The notes below the pieces were generated by a model. The model was not told the DNA's origin and did not search any database. It saw nothing but the letters and a program-made list of their open reading frames with translations. A DNA stretch of 32,775 nucleotides from Patescibacteria group bacterium (GTDB lineage: Bacteria; Patescibacteriota; Minisyncoccia; Minisyncoccales; PWPS01), in NCBI GenBank assembly GCA_034661095.1, contig JAYEKQ010000044.1, forward strand, positions 1 to 32,775. Reading direction: 5' to 3'. Positions 25,852 through 31,913 of the stretch are shown one piece after another; the first letter of the stretch is position 1; every line of letters starts with the position of its first letter. A program made the position numbers and the translations under genes.

Positions 25852-25952
25852 TTTTGGATTTTGAATTTTGGTGCTTGTGATTTATTTGGAATCTGGTGCT
25901 TTTCCTTTGTTTGGTCATTTATTGAAAATTGAAAATTGCCAAATTGAAAATT
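25852..25952. repeat. About 100 bp of degenerate 7-bp repeats that stay in phase
   Basis: tttggat tttgaat tttggtg cttgtga tttattt ggaatct ggtgctt ttccttt gtttggt catttat tgaaaat tgaaaat tgccaaa ttgaaaa. Confidence 0.55.
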
Positions 25953-25959
25953 TCTATTT

Positions 25960-26307
25960 TTATCCTCTCAATTTTTTTGCCTTCTGACTCCCTTTAATAC
26001 TCTGTGTTTTTGCTTTTTCTTTATGGTCCTTTATCTGTCTTTCTATCTCGTCTTTGATTTTATCAATTGATGCTTTTATTGTTTCTGAAATACTTTCCAC
26101 TGTAATTATTCTTCCAGGGATACTAAGATTAACTTTTGTTTTGAATCTTTTCCCTTTTTCTTTTTCTGGAACCTGTTCCATATCAACTTCTAGAATAAAC
26201 TTATTATTATTATCAGCAAAACTACAAGCTTTTTTAAGTTTCTTTTCAGTATAGTCTTTTATATGAGTAGTAACTTCTATGTTTTTCCCCTTTATAATTA
26301 TATTCAT
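25960..26307 (-). CDS. hpf: Ribosome hibernation promoting factor (short HPF/YfiA form)
   Basis: MNIIIKGKNIEVTTHIKDYTEKKLKK and the family layout. 115 aa. Confidence 0.88.
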   Translation of the reverse strand: MNIIIKGKNIEVTTHIKDYTEKKLKKACSFADNNNKFILEVDMEQVPEKEKGKRFKTKVNLSIPGRIITVESISETIKASIDKIKDEIERQIKDHKEKAKTQSIKGSQKAKKLRG

Positions 26308-26335
26308 AATATTAATATATTATTGTAATATTTTC

Positions 26336-26344
26336 AGTATAGCA
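26336..26344 (-). promoter_or_regulatory. Extended -10 promoter (TGCTATACT) upstream of hpf
   Basis: Minus strand reads TGCTATACTGAAAATATTAC, 28 nt before the ATG. Matches the ftsZ upstream box. Confidence 0.45.
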
Positions 26345-26352
26345 TAAAAAAC

Positions 26353-26394
26353 ATTTGATATGTGATATGTGACATGTGACCATTGACAATTGAC
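26353..26394. repeat. Six tandem 7-bp repeats immediately upstream of the hpf -10 box
   Basis: atttgat atgtgat atgtgac atgtgac cattgac aattgac. Confidence 0.7.
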
Positions 26395-26431
26395 TAAAAC
26401 CACTGTCGTTGCAAAGACTTTAAATGTCCAA

Positions 26432-26491
26432 GGTGTCACCTAGGGAAACTGCAAGGATGATGGGATTCTTCGGCTATCGTCTCAGAATGAC
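26432..26491. repeat. Truncated modules: half hairpin plus ggaaactgc junction plus the right half of the long palindrome
   Basis: ggtgtcacctagggaaactgcaaggatgatgggattcttcggctatcgtctcagaatgac. The left arm of the palindrome is missing. Confidence 0.65.
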
Positions 26492-26559
26492 AATAAGATA
26501 TCATTCCCGCAAAGCTTGTCCTTGACTCTGATCGGGAAGCAAAAATCTAGCTTTAATGT

Positions 26560-26652
26560 CATAGGTGTCACCTATGGCATTTTTTTGGATTTTGGTTATT
26601 AACGCTTATTTGGAACTCCCTAGGTCGGACCTTTTCCCTAGGTCGGACCTAG
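26560..26652. repeat. Hairpin cataggtgtcacctatg, then a tandem duplication of ccctaggtcggacc
   Basis: Hairpin at 26560-26576, then ccctaggtcggacc at 26618-26631 and ccctaggtcggacctag at 26636-26652. The murB stop codon (26649-26651) lies inside the last unit. Confidence 0.7.
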
Positions 26653-27593
26653 AGATTTTTGTTTTTGTCATTTGGATTTTGAATAATTTCCACTTCTTCC
26701 TCTAGTTCTACTTCATACTCTTCTCTTACTCTCTGTTTTACTTTCTGAATCAAACCCACTACATCTTCTCCTGATGCTTCTCCTTGGTTAATAATAAAGT
26801 TTGCGTGTTTTGAAGAAACTTCTGCTCCACCAACTTTTTCTCCCTTCAATCCGCAACTCTCAATTAAAAATCCAGCAGGGACAGATTCTTTAAACTTTTC
26901 TGCTATTTCTGGAAAATTCAATGATAAAAATTTTGTTATTTCTATATTTTTAAAAACACTTCCTGCTGATGGTTTTAATGGATGTTTCTCTCTTCTGTAT
27001 TCTAAATACTCGTTAAATTTATTATTTTCTTTTTCTTGAAAAGGAAAAATCATCTCCACTTCAACAACTATTAACTCTTTATTTTTTTTAAAAAAGCTTT
27101 CTCTATAATTAAAGTGACAATTTTTATTATCAAAAACTTGTTCTTCAAGATTATTAATATTTACTGTTTTAACTTTTTTAACATAATCACTAACTGAACT
27201 CCCAAATGCTCCTGCATTTCCTCTTACCGCCCCACCAATACTTCCAGGAACTCCGCCAGCCCACTCTAATCCTTCTCCTTTGTGCTTTTTTAATTCGTAA
27301 GACAACTTTGGAAGATAAGCTCCCGCTTCAGTAATAAGGTTAACACTATTTCCGTCTCTCTCTATTTCAAAGTTATCCATTCCTAAAAAAATAACCACCC
27401 CCTTATATCTTGAAGGAAGAATAAGATTACTTCCTCTTCCAATAATTAAAAAGGGTAGTTTTTTTTCTTTAGAAAAATCTAATCCTGTTAAAATATCTTC
27501 TTTCTTTTCTGCTTTCAAAAAGTAATCAGCAACACAATTAACTTTCATTGTGTTGTAATTCTTTAAAAGTTTGTTTTCTTCTATCTTCTTCAT
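26649..27593 (-). CDS. murB: UDP-N-acetylenolpyruvoylglucosamine reductase MurB
   Basis: FAD-binding N-domain (IIGRGSNLI, GGVPGSIGGAVRGNAGAFG) and the MurB C-domain (PSAGSVFKN). Confidence 0.92.
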   Translation of the reverse strand: MKKIEENKLLKNYNTMKVNCVADYFLKAEKKEDILTGLDFSKEKKLPFLIIGRGSNLILPSRYKGVVIFLGMDNFEIERDGNSVNLITEAGAYLPKLSYELKKHKGEGLEWAGGVPGSIGGAVRGNAGAFGSSVSDYVKKVKTVNINNLEEQVFDNKNCHFNYRESFFKKNKELIVVEVEMIFPFQEKENNKFNEYLEYRREKHPLKPSAGSVFKNIEITKFLSLNFPEIAEKFKESVPAGFLIESCGLKGEKVGGAEVSSKHANFIINQGEASGEDVVGLIQKVKQRVREEYEVELEEEVEIIQNPNDKNKNL

Positions 27594-27600
27594 TGTCTTT

Positions 27601-27629
27601 ATTATAGAGCATCAAACTCTTTTTGACAA
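27601..27629 (-). promoter_or_regulatory. Promoter TTGTCA-N17-TATAAT, 7 nt upstream of the murB ATG (candidate leaderless mRNA)
   Basis: Minus strand reads TTGTCAaaaagagtttgatgctcTATAATaaagacaATG. Confidence 0.55.
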
Positions 27630-27684
27630 AACAAAAGGCCGGAAGCGTTAACTCCAATTTTATGAGTACATGCCTTCCGACCTA
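27627..27684 (-). ncRNA. Candidate ~58-nt orphan transcript between its own promoter (TTGACA-N16-TAAAAT, 27691-27718) and a hairpin plus U-tract
   Basis: Minus strand reads TTGACAgttattttttgaagTAAAATaaggtctaggtcggaag ... cttccggccttttgttttg. The 8-bp stem pairs 27638-27645 with 27674-27681, with a 28-nt loop. Confidence 0.3.
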
Positions 27685-27784
27685 GACCTTATTTTATACT
27701 TCAAAAAATAACTGTCAACCCCTAGGAGTGCAATTTATTTTTTTGAGCTTTGTGAGGTATTCTCTAAAGGATCCTTCAGAAAGC

Positions 27785-27846
27785 AAAAAACCTCGCTCGA
27801 GTGAGGTTTTTTGCCAATTGGAGTAACCTTCTCCCACGCACTCATT
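27785..27846 (-). ncRNA. Candidate ~62-nt orphan transcript between its own promoter (TTGACT-N17-TATTAT, 27853-27881) and a bidirectional terminator
   Basis: Minus strand reads TTGACTttttttgtttttcttgtTATTATggagttaatgagtgcgtgggagaaggttactccaattggcaaaaaacctcactcgagcgaggttttttg. Terminator stem at 27791-27806. Confidence 0.35.
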
Positions 27847-27895
27847 AACTCCATAATAACAAGAAAAACAAAAAAAGTCAACCTGTGGAAAAACC

Positions 27896-27927
27896 ACAAA
27901 AAAGGCGGTGGGAGCCCTGGGCTCCCA
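27896..27927 (-). terminator. Intrinsic terminator of the 5'-3' exonuclease gene
   Basis: Minus strand reads tgggagcc cag ggctccca ccgcc TTTTTTG. GC-rich 8-bp stem about 15 nt after the stop codon. Confidence 0.8.
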
Positions 27928-27941
27928 CAGCCTAGGGATGT

Positions 27942-28838
27942 TTAGAAGAGGGAGAGGTTTTCTTTTTTTTTAATTCTTTTGATGAGAGATTTTAGTTCCA
28001 TTTTTTCAAAGAAAGCTAATCCTTTATCGTTGTATCCTTTCCACTGAAAGTTATTAATATCTAAATTCAAAGGAACATCTCTTTTAATAGTAACGAGTTC
28101 TTTACTTAAAAATGCTTCTTTTTTGTTTTGTTTTAATTTCTCTAAAACACCTTTTTTTATTTTTCCCGCCTTTGCTGTTTCTTTTTCAATCTCGTTATAA
28201 ATATTTTCAATAGAATTAAATGTTTTTATCAGTTCTATTGCTGTCTTCTCTCCAATTCCGATAACTCCTGGAATATTGTCAGAAACATCTCCCCTTAACG
28301 CCTTATAATCAATTAACTGCTGTGGTTTTAATCCGTTGTATATTTCCTGAACTTTTAAAGAATCATACACTCCCGCATCTTTTATTCCTCTCTTGAAGAG
28401 ATAAGCTGTTGTTTTTTTATCTACCAGTTGCAAAACATCCATATCTCCACTAACCACAACCGAACAAAAATCTTTTTTGTTGAAAAAAGAAACTGCTGTT
28501 CCTATTACATCATCTGCTTCAAATCCTTCTTTCTCAAGAACTGGAAGATTAAACTCTTTAATCCCTTCCTTTATTATCGGAATTTGAGCAACAAGCTCCT
28601 CTGGGGTTTTAGAACGAGTTGCTTTATACTCCCTAAACATCTTATGCCTAAAAGTTGGTGCTGGAAGATCAAAGGCAGTCACAATATAGTCAGGATTAAA
28701 ATCATTAATCGCTTTAATAAGTAGAGAAAAAAATCCGTGAACTGCGTTCACCAACTCTCCATTTTTTGTTTTTAATGGTGGAAGGGCGTAGTATGCTCTA
28801 TACATCAGAGAGCTACTATCTATTATTAAAACTTTCAT
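27942..28838 (-). CDS. Stand-alone 5'-3' exonuclease / flap endonuclease (Pol I N-terminal domain homologue)
   Basis: MKVLIIDSSSLMYRAYYALP, GFEADDVIGT, and SDNIPGVIGIGEKTA in the H3TH region. 298 aa with no polymerase domain. Confidence 0.88.
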   Translation of the reverse strand: MKVLIIDSSSLMYRAYYALPPLKTKNGELVNAVHGFFSLLIKAINDFNPDYIVTAFDLPAPTFRHKMFREYKATRSKTPEELVAQIPIIKEGIKEFNLPVLEKEGFEADDVIGTAVSFFNKKDFCSVVVSGDMDVLQLVDKKTTAYLFKRGIKDAGVYDSLKVQEIYNGLKPQQLIDYKALRGDVSDNIPGVIGIGEKTAIELIKTFNSIENIYNEIEKETAKAGKIKKGVLEKLKQNKKEAFLSKELVTIKRDVPLNLDINNFQWKGYNDKGLAFFEKMELKSLIKRIKKKENLSLF

Positions 28839-28894
28839 ATTAAAAAGAAAGAGATGGTGAAGTTAATGCTTGCACCACCTCATCTCTGTTTATA

Positions 28895-29161
28895 AGGGTG
28901 CGGAATCCGAACCAAGTAATTTTAGAAACTGATAAATGAGTTGATTTCAAGAAACGACGACGAAAGGTAGCGATAGCTACATTGAGGAGGAGTGACGCAG
29001 AAAGTAGTTTATTTATCAGCTTCCCGTAGGGCGAAACCAATTTTATCCATATTCTGTGTTGTTCGTGGACAAGATATTATTCAATATCTTTTACCACTCA
29101 CGCCTTGAATATGAATAAAATTGATTTCGCTAAAGATTACTTGGTTCGGATCCCGCACCCT
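28895..29161 (-). repeat. Structured ~270-nt non-coding element, copy B (candidate ncRNA or MITE)
   Basis: Reverse complement aligns with 12177-12446. Own terminal stem pairs 29135-29161 with 28895-28922. P3 pairs 29011-29023 with 28925-28937. Internal hairpin at 29071-29090. Confidence 0.75.
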
Positions 29162-29171
29162 TAAATAACTC

Positions 29172-29447
29172 TTACTTCTTAAGAGCATCTTTAAGGTTTT
29201 TACTAGCCTTAAATTTAGGAACTTTCATTGCTGGAATCTGTATTTTTTCTCCTGTTGCTGGGTTTCTTCCTTCTCTAGCTTTGCGTTTTGAAACGCTGAA
29301 ACTACCAAAACCAGGAAGAGCAATGGAGTCATTTTTCTTTAATACAGAAGCAATGGTACCAGTCATAGCGTCAAGAGCTTCTTTTGCCCTTGCTTTGCTA
29401 ATGTTTGCTTCTTTAGCAATTTTTTCTACAAGTTCTTGTTTATTCAT
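29172..29447 (-). CDS. hup: Nucleoid-associated DNA-binding protein HU
   Basis: MNKQELVEKIAKEANISKARAKEALDAM ... GFGSFSVSKRKAREGRNPATGEKIQIPA. Confidence 0.95.
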   Translation of the reverse strand: MNKQELVEKIAKEANISKARAKEALDAMTGTIASVLKKNDSIALPGFGSFSVSKRKAREGRNPATGEKIQIPAMKVPKFKASKNLKDALKK

Positions 29448-29502
29448 AATTTTTTTTGTTCTTATTTTAATTCGACCTTTTTAATCACTTCCTACTATTG
29501 CT

Positions 29503-29530
29503 ATTATATCACTATGCTCCATAAATGCAA
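29503..29530 (-). promoter_or_regulatory. Promoter TTGCAT-N16-(TGa)TATAAT for hup
   Basis: Minus strand reads TTGCATttatggagcatagTGaTATAATagc, 55 nt upstream of the ATG. Confidence 0.6.
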
Positions 29531-29556
29531 CAAGGAGCAAGGTTTTTTTGTTAAAA

Positions 29557-30966
29557 TTAATTATATTCTTTAATTTCTATTCCAAAAATATTATATAGAT
29601 TTTCTATTCTTGTTCTTATTTCTTCTAATGTCTCCCAAACCTCAATCCACTTCTCACTCCTATCTGGACTGCTTATCCTAGCTTCCCACATAAAAGAAAA
29701 ACTTTTTTCTGGTCCCTCAAAACCAACCACCCTTTCTCCCAAGAAAGGAATAATTGTCAACGATTCATATTTAGAATTAAACTCTTCAACTGTAATTTTT
29801 TGCTCTCCTTCCTCATTTTCTTTAATTTCTTTCAGTTCACACCTTCCTCCTTTTTCACAAATTATATAAGGGATTATGAAATCTTTTTCTGATTGGAAGT
29901 CAAGATAAAGAACTCCTTCTCCTCCAACAATTCGGTGCCAATTTCCTGCCCAGTTTTTTGTCTTATATTTTAGAGAGAAAGATTCTCTGTTTTGTGCTGA
30001 GATAAATATATTTGAATGAGAAACATTTATATTTTTCAAATTTTCATTTTTATAACAGTATTGCTCTCCATAAAAACAATCATTTAGATAAACAGCAACA
30101 ACCCAATCTTTGAAAACATCCTTAAACTTTTTATCGTAACCACCCTCCCATAAAGCAAAATCAATACTTGGAATCCCAACAAAAGATGATTTTAAAGAAC
30201 GAGAAAGAACTTCTTCTCCATAATGATCAACTAAATAGTGTCCAAAAAGATTAACTACTCCATAATCAGGACCTTGATCTGTCCAATCAGTAAGAGAAAA
30301 GTCTGGGTCGTGAAGAAAGCTGTTTACTCTTATCTCAAGATTACTTCCTTCATACACATCATTATATCCAAGCAGGGATATCATCATTTCTGCTCGTAAC
30401 TCGTTGAGCCACACTTCTTCACTTACTCTCTGTCTTTTGTTTTTTTCATTAAAAGTAACCAGATGAGTATACTCGTGAGCAAGATAACTTTTCAAGTTTC
30501 TATTTTTAATAAAATCAGTATTCACATAAACTATGTTTTTTTCATTGGAGTGTGGATACTGATAAGTAGAATACTGATCACCTGTTCTAAAGTATCCTCC
30601 TGAATCTTCTTTCATCTGATGAAAAAGAACCACTACCTTTTCTTCCTCTCCAACAACTTTGTGTTTTGGCATATCTCCTAAAAAAGATGATATCTCTGGA
30701 AATATATGCTCTTCAAACTCTTCTCCAGCTTCTTTTAAGATATCTGGTACTTCTTCTTGGTCTTCTTCTGATAACTCTCTCCACCACTGCTCTTCAATGT
30801 AAAAATAAGTGTGCTCCGTTTCTTGTTCTAAGAAAGCAGACAACTGCTCTCTCTCTTGAAAATCATAAGATAGTTCAACAAAAAAAACAGTTTTTTCTTC
30901 AGCAAAAACAACTCCTGTAAACAGAAAAGTCAAAGCCCCTCCAATTGCAATTATCTTTTTTTCCAT
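29557..30966 (-). CDS. Secreted HExxH zinc metallopeptidase-like protein
   Basis: Signal-peptide-like N-terminus MEKKIIAIGGALTFLFTGVVFAEE. LAHEYTHLV, followed about 24 residues later by LNELRAE, a gluzincin-like arrangement. No family recognised. Confidence 0.55.
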   Translation of the reverse strand: MEKKIIAIGGALTFLFTGVVFAEEKTVFFVELSYDFQEREQLSAFLEQETEHTYFYIEEQWWRELSEEDQEEVPDILKEAGEEFEEHIFPEISSFLGDMPKHKVVGEEEKVVVLFHQMKEDSGGYFRTGDQYSTYQYPHSNEKNIVYVNTDFIKNRNLKSYLAHEYTHLVTFNEKNKRQRVSEEVWLNELRAEMMISLLGYNDVYEGSNLEIRVNSFLHDPDFSLTDWTDQGPDYGVVNLFGHYLVDHYGEEVLSRSLKSSFVGIPSIDFALWEGGYDKKFKDVFKDWVVAVYLNDCFYGEQYCYKNENLKNINVSHSNIFISAQNRESFSLKYKTKNWAGNWHRIVGGEGVLYLDFQSEKDFIIPYIICEKGGRCELKEIKENEEGEQKITVEEFNSKYESLTIIPFLGERVVGFEGPEKSFSFMWEARISSPDRSEKWIEVWETLEEIRTRIENLYNIFGIEIKEYN

Positions 30967-30979
30967 ATTAAAACTTCTA

Positions 30980-31729
30980 CTAATAAATATTGCCCTGATT
31001 AAAAATAAAAATTAGTCTGTAGTAGACCCTTCCCAAGTGTTCGTGAATAGCAAGATCAGAGTTTCTTAAGTTTTGCCCGTGAGGAATAAAGTCAAAAAAA
31101 CTATATTTAAAAACTTTTCTTCCTTTAAAATCAGTTGGAGCTGGTATCGGATCTGCTCCCATTCTCTTAAACTCACTAATTGACCGCTCCATATGATAAG
31201 CAGATGTAACCAAGAAAAATGGCTCGTCACCAACAATTTTTTGAACATTTGCTACATTTTCTCTGGTGTTGTAAGACTCTCCTTCTATTGTTATTGATGA
31301 AAAATCAACTCCCCTATTGGTAAAAAAACCTCTAACTGCACTTGCTTCTCCAGATGTTGATAATATCGGATCTGTTCCTGAAACAATTATCTCCATCTCT
31401 CCCTCGGTCATATACCATATCCGTAACGCTTCGCTTCCTCGTAAAACATTACTCTCTCTTCCACCCAACAAGACAACTGTTTTTTCAGCCTTTTCAATAT
31501 CTTCCTCTGAAACAACTGTGTACTTTTCTTCAAGGGACATCATAAGATAATCACTAACTGGTGTTATTGAAAAAAGATAGTAAAAAACAAACCCTGAAAT
31601 TATAAGCGCTTCCCCTAGTTTTCCTTTTTTATTTTTAAAAAACAAGAAAAAACCAACAATAACAAACACCAAAATAAGAGTACTAGGCATTAAAAAATTT
31701 TGCACTATCTCATATATTATATTTATCAT
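30980..31729 (-). CDS. YdcF/ElyC/SanA (DUF218) family membrane-anchored protein
   Basis: Two N-terminal TM segments, VVLLGG, and FFLVTSAYHMERS, which matches the DUF218 signature. Confidence 0.7.
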   Translation of the reverse strand: MINIIYEIVQNFLMPSTLILVFVIVGFFLFFKNKKGKLGEALIISGFVFYYLFSITPVSDYLMMSLEEKYTVVSEEDIEKAEKTVVLLGGRESNVLRGSEALRIWYMTEGEMEIIVSGTDPILSTSGEASAVRGFFTNRGVDFSSITIEGESYNTRENVANVQKIVGDEPFFLVTSAYHMERSISEFKRMGADPIPAPTDFKGRKVFKYSFFDFIPHGQNLRNSDLAIHEHLGRVYYRLIFIFNQGNIY

Positions 31730-31737
31730 ATTTTATA

Positions 31738-31746
31738 ATTGTATCA
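31738..31746 (-). promoter_or_regulatory. Extended -10 (TGaTACAAT), 8 nt upstream of the ydcF-like ATG
   Basis: Minus strand reads gaTGaTACAATtataaaatATG. Confidence 0.35.
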
Positions 31747-31772
31747 TCTTTTAAATTATTTCTCCAACGCTT

Positions 31773-31913
31773 CCAAAGAAAGCGCACAAAACAACGCAAA
31801 ACTTTTCCCGAGGTGAGACCTCGGGAAACTCCCCCTCCTCATCGTCATTCTGAGCGGAACGAAGTGAAGCGAAGAATCTTATGGTTTCTGCAAGGATGAT
31901 GGGATTCTTCACT
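31773..31913. repeat. Composite repeat: AAAGAAAGC leader, CCCGAGG hairpin, left arm and loop of the long palindrome (right arm truncated)
   Basis: Aligns with 22988-23046. Hairpin at 31807-31825. gtcattctgagcggaacgaagtgaagcgaagaatcttatggtttctgcaaggatgatgggattcttcact spans 31844-31913. Confidence 0.8.

Noticed and set aside
2242-26652. Recurrent palindromic repeats as a possible CRISPR array
   Set aside because: The copies are scattered singly or in pairs across intergenic regions many kb apart. There are no regularly spaced unique spacers, repeat sequences vary, and no cas genes are present.
27627-27690. SRP (4.5S) RNA, suggested by AGGTCGGAAGGCATG resembling AGGUCCGGAAGGAAGCAGC
   Set aside because: The conserved GGAAGCAGC 3' strand and the closing 5'/3' helix are missing. 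The matching part belongs to the CCCTAGGTCGGACC repeat family.
27715-27897. 60-aa minus-strand ORF
   Set aside because: It spans a promoter-like element and two terminator hairpins, is Cys-rich and compositionally odd, and has no family resemblance.
28840-29040. 66-aa ORF inside the 270-nt element (copy B), and a 29-aa counterpart in copy A
   Set aside because: The two copies share LSAS(F/L)LLLNVA only until an indel shifts the frame. Conservation follows base pairing, not codons.
9329-31248. Nested same-strand ORFs (9329-9562, 9406-9654, 16820-17035, 18265-18450, 18463-18645, 31066-31248)
   Set aside because: They are alternative frames inside murJ, the ATPase, the membrane protein and the ydcF-like gene, with no motif support.
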